Below are positions 8,116 through 15,600 of a DNA stretch of 32,000 bases, piece after piece (the first letter of the stretch is position 1; each line of letters starts with the position of its first letter). Both the position numbers and the translations under genes were made by a program. The DNA lies in contig NQJD01000004.1 in NCBI GenBank assembly GCA_004284765.1, positions 1-32,000 of the forward strand, given 5' to 3'. The notes under the pieces are model-generated. The model searched no databases and was not told the origin of the DNA. It saw nothing but the letters and a program-made list of their open reading frames with translations. Source of the stretch: Candidatus Electronema aureum. Lineage in GTDB: Bacteria > Desulfobacterota > Desulfobulbia > Desulfobulbales > Desulfobulbaceae.

Positions 8116-10809
8116 GTGGATACAGTTACTGTTATCAGCGTAATCGTCGGTGGCATCTTAGCCGCATGGATTTTCGAGGATTCAGCGGGTTGGTTGACCG
8201 GAATGCTGCTTGGCTTTCTATTGGCAAAGCATTTCACCCAAAAGCGAACGCTGGTTCAGATAGAAAAACGACTACAGGAGGTTGAAGACCTGATTGAGGA
8301 GATACCGGAGGAAGAAGAACCAAAAATATCTTCTGTCATTAACACAGTCCAAGAGGAAAACAAACCAACCGGGTCTATTCATCCAGTTTTTTTCGCGCCA
8401 GAACCTCCGTCTTCTCCACTTCCTTCCAAAAGCATTGGCGGCAAAAAGGAAGCACCGCCAGAGCCAGCCGTTACGGAAAACGCTTTTTTTAGCAAACTCA
8501 GCGAGTTATTCACTCAAGGTAACGTTGTCCTCCGCGTCGGCCTGCTGGTGCTTTTTTTCGGCGTGGCCTTCCTGCTCAAATACGCTGCTGACCGCAACGT
8601 CATCCCGATTGAGCTGCGGCTGTTCACCGTGGCAATGGGCGGGCTGGCTCTGCTCGGTTTTGGCTGGCTCCAGCGGCAGGCGCGGCCCGGCTTTGCGCTG
8701 CTGGTGCAAGGAGGCGGCATCGGCATCATGTATCTGACTGTCTTCGCGGCCTTCAAGCTCTATCATCTGGTGCCGACACCGCTGGCGTTCGGCCTGATGC
8801 TGGGATTGGTCGCCGCCTCCACGGCCCTCGCTCTGCTGCAAGACTCCAGCCCGCTGGCCCTGTTCGGCGCGGCAGGCGGATTTCTTGCGCCGGTGCTGCT
8901 CTCCACCGGCAGCGGCAATCATGTCGCCCTGTTCAGCTACTACGCCCTGCTCAATTCAGGCATTCTGGCTGTGTCGTGGTTCAAGGCGTGGCGCAGCCTG
9001 AACCTGCTCGGCTTTGTCTTCATCCTCGGCATCGGCGCGGCCTGGGGCCTGAACAGCTACCAGCCAGAGCTTTTCGCCACCGCCGAGCCGTTCCTGATTC
9101 TCTTTTTCCTGATGTTCAACGCCATCGGCGTGCTCTTCGCCTTCCGCCAGCCGCCGAACCTGCGCGGCTATGTGGACGGCACCCTTGTTTTCGGCACGCC
9201 GGTGGTCTGCTTCTCGCTGCAAGCGGGGATGGTGCAGGACATGCCGCACGGCCTCGCCTACAGCGCGCTGGCCATGAGCCTGTTTTACGTCGTGCTGGCG
9301 ACCTTTCTCTGGAACAAAGGCGATGAGCGGCTGCGGCAGGGAATGCGCACCATGACTGAAGCCTTCCTCGCGCTCGGCGTGGTCTTTGTCACTTTGGCCG
9401 TGCCGCTGGCTCTGAGCGGACGCTGGACTGCCGTCACTTGGGCGATGGAAGGCGCGGCTTTGATCTGGGTGGGCATTCGGCAAAACCGCGTCCTTGCCCG
9501 TAGCACTGGCTTTCTGCTTCAGTTCGGAGCAGGATTTTTCTTCCTCGCTGATCTCGGCTATCACGGCGCAGGTGCCGCCCCGCTGCCGCTGCTCAACGGC
9601 ACGTGGCTTGGTTCCGCGATCATTGCCGTGTCCGCGCTCTTCTCCTCGTGGCAGCTTTATAAGGCGGACAATCTCCGCCGCTGGGAGCAATGGAATCATC
9701 TGCCGCTCTTCTTCTGGGGCGGCCTCTGGTGGTTCTGCGCCGGCATGAACGAGATTCCATACGGAGATAACAATGTTAGGGATCACGCCATGTTGCTTTT
9801 CAATGCCCTGAGCTGTGCTGTCATGGCCAGACTGGCTGTGAGGCTGAACTGGCCGCCCGCCGCTTGGCCCAGCCTGTGTCTGCCGTTGTTCATGCTCATC
9901 GTCATGCAGTCCAATCTGAACTGGAAATATATTTATCCATGGAACGGTCATCTATTTGGCGGCATAGGCGTGGCCGCTTGGCCGCTTGCTTTTATGCTGC
10001 TTTATCATTGCCTGCGGAAGGCGCACGGCCTTTTAAAAGAACACTGCTTGCGTCTGACGCATGGCAGCGGTTTTTTACTGCTGACTTTGACTGTTATCAT
10101 GGAGGCTCTTTGGCACCTGCGCCGTTTGACTGGCGGCGCAGGCGTATGGGACGACATAGCCTGGGGCCTGATTCCGACGGGCATGGTCTTGCTGGCGCAC
10201 AGCCGCCGCTTGGAAGCGCACTGGCCGCTGGCCGATTATGCCGCCGTGTATCAGCGGCAGGCTTCGGCGGTGCTGGCTTTCTTCATGTGGCTCTGGCTGC
10301 TGGCGGGCTACTTCGGCAGCGCAGGCGATGCGCCGCCGCTGCCCTTCATTCCTGTCGTCAATCCGCTGGAGCTGAGTCAGCTTGCGGTCATGCTCCTGCT
10401 CGTCTGGTGGACAATGCGGCATCATGCGCGCGCTGAATTCGCGGCGATGCTTGCAGTTGTCGGCGCGGGAACGGTTTTCCTTTGGCTTAACACGGCCTTG
10501 GCCCGCGCGGTGCATCATTTCGCGGCTGTGCCTTTTGATGCGGACGCGATGCTGGACTCCCGCCTCTATCAGACCTCGCTGGCCATCCTCTGGGCCTTGC
10601 TCTCGCTGGCCCTGATGCGCCGCCAAAGCCGGACGCTCTGGTTCGCGGGCTGCGTCCTGATCGGTGCCACGGTGCTGAAACTCTTCCTGATTGATCTGGC
10701 CAACAGCGGCGCGGCGGAGCGCATCGTTTCCTTCATCTCTGTCGGCCTCTTAGTCATTGCGATCAGCTACTTCTCGCCCTTGCCGCCCAAGAAGGAGGAA
10801 GCTCCATGA
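8116..10809 (+). CDS. Large polytopic membrane protein, DUF2339-like
   Basis: 897 aa. One N-terminal TM segment, an acidic and Pro-rich linker (EEIPEEEEPK...PPSSPLP), then more than 20 hydrophobic segments. GTG start at 8116 with aaaggag 5 nt upstream. The DUF2339 label is from memory of the architecture and of the adjacent DUF3999-type partner. Confidence 0.75.
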   Translation: MDTVTVISVIVGGILAAWIFEDSAGWLTGMLLGFLLAKHFTQKRTLVQIEKRLQEVEDLIEEIPEEEEPKISSVINTVQEENKPTGSIHPVFFAPEPPSSPLPSKSIGGKKEAPPEPAVTENAFFSKLSELFTQGNVVLRVGLLVLFFGVAFLLKYAADRNVIPIELRLFTVAMGGLALLGFGWLQRQARPGFALLVQGGGIGIMYLTVFAAFKLYHLVPTPLAFGLMLGLVAASTALALLQDSSPLALFGAAGGFLAPVLLSTGSGNHVALFSYYALLNSGILAVSWFKAWRSLNLLGFVFILGIGAAWGLNSYQPELFATAEPFLILFFLMFNAIGVLFAFRQPPNLRGYVDGTLVFGTPVVCFSLQAGMVQDMPHGLAYSALAMSLFYVVLATFLWNKGDERLRQGMRTMTEAFLALGVVFVTLAVPLALSGRWTAVTWAMEGAALIWVGIRQNRVLARSTGFLLQFGAGFFFLADLGYHGAGAAPLPLLNGTWLGSAIIAVSALFSSWQLYKADNLRRWEQWNHLPLFFWGGLWWFCAGMNEIPYGDNNVRDHAMLLFNALSCAVMARLAVRLNWPPAAWPSLCLPLFMLIVMQSNLNWKYIYPWNGHLFGGIGVAAWPLAFMLLYHCLRKAHGLLKEHCLRLTHGSGFLLLTLTVIMEALWHLRRLTGGAGVWDDIAWGLIPTGMVLLAHSRRLEAHWPLADYAAVYQRQASAVLAFFMWLWLLAGYFGSAGDAPPLPFIPVVNPLELSQLAVMLLLVWWTMRHHARAEFAAMLAVVGAGTVFLWLNTALARAVHHFAAVPFDADAMLDSRLYQTSLAILWALLSLALMRRQSRTLWFAGCVLIGATVLKLFLIDLANSGAAERIVSFISVGLLVIAISYFSPLPPKKEEAP

Positions 10810-12155
10810 ACCGTCTGCTCATTCTCTTGATTCTGCTGGCCACGCCGCCCTGTTGGGCCAAGGATGAGCCGCAGCCGCTGCGGCTGGAGGATTTCGCCTA
10901 CGGCATGGAGTTGAAGGTGAGCGGCGGCAGTCCGGTGGTCAGTCTGAGCCTGCCTGCTGAAGTGTACAAGGGCTGCGTCCGGCCTGATCTCGGCGACCTG
11001 CGGGTTTTCAACGCGCAGGGCCCGGTGCCGCATCTGCTCCGCCAGCCGCAGCCAGAGCAGAAGGAGAACCCTGCGCAAGAACTGCCGTTTTTTCCGCTTT
11101 CCGCTCCTGCTGGAGCTAACCGGGCGGCGGATTTCGGCATTGCCATCGGCGGCAACGGCACACTCATCGCCATCAGCGCAGGCGGGGCAGAAAAGGCAGT
11201 CCAAACCGTCACCGCCTATCTTATTGACATCTCTGCATTGCAGCACCGCCCGAACTGGCTAGACTTTGCTTGGCAAGGGCAGTTCTCCGCTTCGGTGCAG
11301 TTAGACAGTAGCGATGATCTGAATAGCTGGCAGCCTGTGACCTCAGCGGCTTTAGCTGAACTGAGTTTCGGCGGCCACAAGCTCCTACGCAACAGGATTG
11401 ACCTGAACCAAGCTGCAACAGGCAAATATTTGCGCCTGTCATGGTCGCCGGGCAAAGACGGCATCAGCCTAAGCGCGGTTAAAGCTGGGTACGAGAGCGA
11501 GACCCGGACGCAGCCGCGCACCCTGCTGACATTAGTCGGGCAGCCGGATGCAGCGGCGGCAGGTCATGCTGCTTGGTTCTACATGACCGATGGCTTTTTT
11601 CCAATTGATCAGCTTAATATCCGCCTGCCGGAGCAGAACTCGCTGGCGGAATTTGCTGTATTTTCAAGGGCAGATGAAAAAGCGGCTTGGCAGCAACGGG
11701 CTTCTTTGCTGGCTTGGCGGCTGACTGTGAACGGCGTGAATTTGGAAAATGGGCTGCTTCATCTTGCCCCGAATGCTGACCGTTATTGGCGGTTAGAAAT
11801 CGAAGGCAACGGCAGCCAGGTGCCAAAATTGGAACTGGGCTGGCTGCCGGGCCAGTTAATTTTCATGGCACAGGGCGAGGGGCCGTACAGTCTGGTCTAT
11901 GGTCGAGCCGGACTGCTGCCTGCGCACTCTCAGGTGGCGCAGCTCATCAAGGCCGTAGAACCAGTGAGCGGCAGCAAGCTGATTGAGGCTGCCAAAGCCG
12001 GTGCGCAGACTGTGCTGGCAGGCCAAACCGCGTTAGCGCCGAAGACGGAACTGCCTTGGCGCATCTGGCTGCTCTGGGCTGGACTGATCGCTGGTGTGCT
12101 GGCCGTGGGGGCGATGGCCTTGAAGCTGTTCAAGGAGATGAATAGCACTCGGTGA
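10806..12155 (+). CDS. Secreted, C-terminally anchored protein, DUF3999-like
   Basis: 449 aa with a signal peptide (MNRLLILLILLATPPCWAKD) and a single C-terminal TM segment (IWLLWAGLIAGVLAVGAMAL). The ATG overlaps the stop of the upstream gene (ATGA at 10806-10809). The family label is from memory of the conserved DUF2339/DUF3999 pairing. Confidence 0.7.
   Translation: MNRLLILLILLATPPCWAKDEPQPLRLEDFAYGMELKVSGGSPVVSLSLPAEVYKGCVRPDLGDLRVFNAQGPVPHLLRQPQPEQKENPAQELPFFPLSAPAGANRAADFGIAIGGNGTLIAISAGGAEKAVQTVTAYLIDISALQHRPNWLDFAWQGQFSASVQLDSSDDLNSWQPVTSAALAELSFGGHKLLRNRIDLNQAATGKYLRLSWSPGKDGISLSAVKAGYESETRTQPRTLLTLVGQPDAAAAGHAAWFYMTDGFFPIDQLNIRLPEQNSLAEFAVFSRADEKAAWQQRASLLAWRLTVNGVNLENGLLHLAPNADRYWRLEIEGNGSQVPKLELGWLPGQLIFMAQGEGPYSLVYGRAGLLPAHSQVAQLIKAVEPVSGSKLIEAAKAGAQTVLAGQTALAPKTELPWRIWLLWAGLIAGVLAVGAMALKLFKEMNSTR
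12104..12143 (+). repeat. Direct repeat copy 1 (attL-like); forms the functional 3' end of the DUF3999-like gene
   Basis: cgtgggggcgatggccttgaagctgttcaaggagatgaat matches 14652-14691 at 36 of 40 positions by hand alignment. Confidence 0.8.
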
Positions 12156-12371
12156 ACGGGCTTTATCGATTTTGTTTTGCAGAGGAATATTGCATTTTTT
12201 CTTCCTATCATTCGGTAGTTGGTATATATTGCACACCGATGCGTCACAATGGTATCGTGGCGTTCGCTTCGTTTCTGTCTTGCACCTCAGCGCGAAGTAC
12301 CGAAGACATTAAAATCTGAGTCAGACTTAACGGTCGATCTGTTATATTTCAACATACACCATTATATTGAT

Positions 12372-12857
12372 ATGAATAATCTTGTTATAGGAGAAAATTT
12401 AGAAATAGCCCCACATCTTCGAGCTATGTTACAGCACTCTTTTGATTCTCTCCAGAAATTACTAACGCCTGATGAGATGGAACGACTATCAGAACACGTT
12501 CGCAAAGTACAAGCAATTAATAATTATAACTATATACTTAAAATATCATCAAAAATTCAAGAGGCAAGACTTTTACACTTCGAAGAAAAAATACGGCAAA
12601 AAACTACGCAAAATTTAAATAAAATGTTTTTTTCATATAAAAAAGAACGTTCCAATATGCTATTGGATTTTGTAAAGCATTTAGATGCATGTAGATCAGA
12701 ATCTGATAAGTTGAAATATAATCCTTTTAAAAAGAATTTTGAAAAAACATTGGAAAAAACATTGGAAAAAACATTGGAAAACTTCATGGAGTATTTGAAC
12801 ACTATGGATAAAAATTTCGAGCGCGAATTCAGTAATCGGATTAAATTATTAATATAA
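12372..12857 (+). CDS. Hypothetical small alpha-helical protein carried by the island, with an (EKTL)3 repeat
   Basis: AT-rich ORF; the track ORF is 12219-12857. I placed the start at the ATG at 12372 (MNNLVIGENLEI) because the upstream part of the ORF runs through the GC-rich to AT-rich transition. No clear SD, so the start is uncertain. I recognise no family. Confidence 0.5.
   Translation: MNNLVIGENLEIAPHLRAMLQHSFDSLQKLLTPDEMERLSEHVRKVQAINNYNYILKISSKIQEARLLHFEEKIRQKTTQNLNKMFFSYKKERSNMLLDFVKHLDACRSESDKLKYNPFKKNFEKTLEKTLEKTLENFMEYLNTMDKNFEREFSNRIKLLI
12741..12782 (+). repeat. 12-bp tandem repeat gaaaaaacattg, about 3.5 copies, coding EKTLEKTLEKTLE
   Basis: Read directly: units at 12741-12752, 12753-12764 and 12765-12776, plus a partial unit. 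Confidence 0.9.
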
Positions 12858-12870
12858 TTAAAGACAAGTT

Positions 12871-14463
12871 ATGAAATTTTTCCTTCAAAGAATTGAACGA
12901 TCTCTTATTTATATTGCAGGATTTGACATAAATATATTAGAATCGCATCTAAAAGGATCGGGAAGGTCAGAAAAAATTAGGTTAGCTCAATTGGGTGCAA
13001 CGTTATTTGTCCCAGCAATAATTAGCGTTTTTTCTTTTCCTTATTTTTTATCTGCCGCAATTAATAATTTATTTATCATAATCATTTCTTCTTTTTTCTA
13101 TGCAATATCAATATTTTTATTAGACCGGTACTTTACTCTATCTTTCAGGAGGCATTCAAATCTACGATCTATTTGGGCAGTATCATGGAGGATGATAATT
13201 GCTATTTGTATAGGATTCGCTGTAACAGAGCCTTTAATAATTGCAATTTTTGCAAAAAGTATTAACAAGGAATTGACAGAACAGATTGATCGAGAAAAAT
13301 CAAACAAAGACAGTCCATTACAACAAAAGAAACAGCTACTTGAGACTAATATTGAGAAAACAAATAAGGAAATATCTGAGTTGCGAAATGCACTTACATC
13401 TGCGCGATCGCGTGTATCGCAGATAGATAGTGAAATTCAAAAATTATCTGAACAAGGCAACGCTGAAAAAAATCAGAAAAACGAAAAAATAAGCACGTTA
13501 GTTACATCAACAGAGCAAGAAATCAAAAAACTTCAATCACAGCTTGAAAGCTTGGAACAACAAATTTCAGATATAACGAAGAAAATTGCTTCTGAGCGTA
13601 TTGGAGCAGGAGATACTAAAAGGAAGGGATTTGGCACAGAGGCCAAACGCTTAACCACCGAAAAAAACAACTTGGTTTCCCAAAAAGCTACTGCAACTTC
13701 GGAGCTTAACCAGCTCAAGCGTGAACTGGAGAAACTTAAACGTACATTGTCTCAGTCAATACTACTTACTGAAAATCCTAATAAGTCTAAAATAGAAACA
13801 CTTTCTACGGAAAGAGCCAACCGTGTATTAAATCCAGTGCAGTACGCGCCAACTCAAGAAATTCGTGAAATAGAGTCACAAATAGACATAAGAAAAAAAT
13901 CTGTCGCTGAGTCTCTAAAAGAACTACAGTTTGTTAACCAACAGATTCAACAATTGACCGGAAATATAACTTTGACCGATCGCGATGATCCACTTGCTCG
14001 TTCATCAGCATTGTGGAGTATTCTGATAAAAAGTAAAAATCCTTTGGCATGGGCAATGTTTGGCTCCATAATTATATTGTTTATGGCTCTTGACACATTC
14101 CCTATAATAACAAAATTATCTTTCAAAGCACCAGCCGATGAAATATTGAAAAATATAGAAGAAGAAGATGTGGAATTTTTCACAAGCATGAAGGTACAAA
14201 AAATACTTTTAAGTGATTTTATTGAAGAAAACGCTTTTCGTGATATTGTAAACACTGGGAAAAATAGATCTGATTTGATAGTGGAATTGGCTATGAAATT
14301 TGGCTCAGACATTGAAAAAATCAATGATTCAAAATATGAAAAAAAAGAAATAATGATTGACGCCTTGGAAAAACACTTTAACTTTGTAATTTCAAAGATA
14401 GATCAATACCACCTAAGAGATACAAGTGGTAACACGGAATGTTCTGACGAGAATATATGTTGA
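12871..14463 (+). CDS. Membrane-anchored coiled-coil protein, DUF4407-like
   Basis: 530 aa. The N-terminus (IYIAGFDINILE...LAQLGATLFVPAII) and the layout resemble DUF4407 as I remember it. The layout is three TM segments (about aa 41-128), a heptad-rich Q/E/K coiled coil of about 240 aa (about nt 13255-13980), a fourth TM segment (about aa 385-410), then a C-terminal domain of about 120 aa. AT-rich codon usage differs from the flanking genes. Confidence 0.7.
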   Translation: MKFFLQRIERSLIYIAGFDINILESHLKGSGRSEKIRLAQLGATLFVPAIISVFSFPYFLSAAINNLFIIIISSFFYAISIFLLDRYFTLSFRRHSNLRSIWAVSWRMIIAICIGFAVTEPLIIAIFAKSINKELTEQIDREKSNKDSPLQQKKQLLETNIEKTNKEISELRNALTSARSRVSQIDSEIQKLSEQGNAEKNQKNEKISTLVTSTEQEIKKLQSQLESLEQQISDITKKIASERIGAGDTKRKGFGTEAKRLTTEKNNLVSQKATATSELNQLKRELEKLKRTLSQSILLTENPNKSKIETLSTERANRVLNPVQYAPTQEIREIESQIDIRKKSVAESLKELQFVNQQIQQLTGNITLTDRDDPLARSSALWSILIKSKNPLAWAMFGSIIILFMALDTFPIITKLSFKAPADEILKNIEEEDVEFFTSMKVQKILLSDFIEENAFRDIVNTGKNRSDLIVELAMKFGSDIEKINDSKYEKKEIMIDALEKHFNFVISKIDQYHLRDTSGNTECSDENIC

Positions 14464-14651
14464 TATATGCGGTATTTTTTATTTGCAATAGATCATCAGC
14501 TATATCATTTTGTAAAAGCTGAAACCGATGGCAGATTAGCTTGACGTACCAAACACTTTCATTTTTTCCACCACCTTCCTTCTGTGGCCGCCAATACAGC
14601 ATTCAGCCAACCAAATGAACGATCAACGATTTCTGGCCAATGTGAATTAGT

Positions 14652-14691
14652 CGTGAGAGCGATGGCCTTGAAGCTGTTCAGGGAGATGGAT
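14652..14691 (+). repeat. Direct repeat copy 2 (attR-like); displaced relic 3' end of the DUF3999-like gene
   Basis: cgtgagagcgatggccttgaagctgttcagggagatggat. In the frame equivalent to copy 1 it reads RAMALKLFREMD, followed by TAG at 14692-14694. Confidence 0.8.
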
Positions 14692-14695
14692 TAGG

Positions 14696-15376
14696 ACCTA
14701 ATGTGCAACTCTTTTAAACTTGATTAGACAGCAATCAGTCCATCCAGATGAAGCGGAGGGTGATTACAGGTCAAGTTAATGAAAACACAGACCGTATGCG
14801 CCAATATTTTACGAATCAGACGGTGCTGAAAATGCCAAAGATCGTGTACGCGGATATGGTCTGTTTTTGAAACGTCTTGTTAAATGGGAGCCTGCCGGTG
14901 TAGTGCATATCTTTAGCTGCGCAGTATCCAAAATCAGCCGCTGCCGGAAAACAACGGTCTCGTTTGGCTCTAGTGCGGACACAAACAGGCAATGGAAATG
15001 TATCAATTATTTGGACGGGATCGTTGAGTTGTTAAGCGTTGTTGAACAGCCGCTTTGACTTGCCATAAATTCGCAGCTTGGCGGACAAACAAAGACCTGT
15101 CATGGAGCTTCGGAAAAGAGTGCCGATAATGCGCATGAAAGTATGCAAAGATATCCTTGTCGCATTCGAGTTTGAAATACTCGCCGCAGATTTCTATGGT
15201 GATGACTTCTTCATCTGTTAAGGCAAGCTCAAAGCCGCCCCACCGCAGTCAGTATTGTTGTTTGATGACACTGTATTGCTCGCAAACAAGCAGATTTGTG
15301 AATAGGGATTAGATACCGCTATGCTACAGGATGCACCCAATGGATCGGGTATTTTTTTAAGAGTTGCACATTAGGT
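14696..15376 (-). mobile_element. Decayed insertion sequence (IS982/IS4-IS5-like DDE type) with intact 18-bp terminal inverted repeats
   Basis: acctaatgtgcaactctt at 14696-14713 is the exact reverse complement of aagagttgcacattaggt at 15359-15376. Transposase-like reading frames lie between them. At 681 bp the element is too short for a complete IS of this type. Confidence 0.8.
14819..15308 (-). pseudogene. DDE transposase pseudogene with an in-frame stop, a frameshift and a 3' truncation
   Basis: Minus-strand translation gives three pieces. First, SLFTNLLVCEQYSVIKQQY, ending at a TGA (15249-15251). Second, LRWGGFELALTDEEVITIEICGEYFKLECDKDIFAYFHAHYRHSFPKLHDRSLFVRQAANLWQVKAAVQQRL, ending at a TGA (15003-15005). 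Third, in another frame, IDTFPLPVCVRTRAKRDRCFPAAADFGYCAAKDMHY. These motifs are typical of IS982-type DDE_Tnp_1 transposase N-terminal halves. Only the first catalytic D region remains. Confidence 0.75.
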
Positions 15377-15561
15377 GTCTATAGTGTTTTATACATCCAT
15401 GTATATGTGGGAATCAGAACTATGTACATAGACGAGTCTCACATATGTACAGTACATGGAACTTTTTCCCGCATGTGCATGAAGACCAATTGCCATTAAA
15501 CTTTTTGCATAATTCAGACATATTGGCTGTATCGCTGCAATTTGCAGTTTTTTAGAAGACT

Positions 15562-15587
15562 GTCCGCCTCAAGAATGAGAGGCGGAC
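15562..15587 (-). terminator. GC-rich hairpin downstream of sppA; putative intrinsic terminator
   Basis: gtccgcctc (15562-15570) pairs with gaggcggac (15579-15587) around an 8-nt loop, 14 nt after the sppA stop. The minus-strand tail AGUCUUCU is only partly U-rich. A weaker plus-strand hairpin, ctgca-att-tgcag followed by T6, lies at 15535-15553. Confidence 0.5.
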
Positions 15588-15600
15588 ACGCAGTTCGCAG

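Noticed and set aside
8956-9951. 331-aa minus-strand ORF
   Set aside because: It is antisense to the DUF2339-like membrane gene. Its Arg/Gly/Pro/His-rich low-complexity translation is characteristic of spurious frames in high-GC coding DNA. The same applies to 8506-8922, 10075-10626, 10767-11246 and 4094-4696.
12741-12782. Whether the short tandem repeats are a CRISPR array
   Set aside because: The units are 12 bp, contiguous with no spacers, and lie in frame within a CDS. No CRISPR-like repeat-spacer structure appears anywhere in the window.
13947-14324. 125-aa minus-strand ORF inside the island
   Set aside because: It is antisense to the DUF4407-like gene. Long open frames are expected in AT-rich DNA whose sense strand is Lys/Glu/Asn-rich.
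14464-14651. Possible relic of more of the DUF3999 gene upstream of repeat copy 2
   Set aside because: Translated in the relic frame it gives ...HFFHHLPSVAANTAFSQPNERSTISGQCELVV. This shows no similarity to the corresponding region of the intact gene (...PWRIWLLWAGLIAGVLAVG), so the duplication is limited to about 40 bp.
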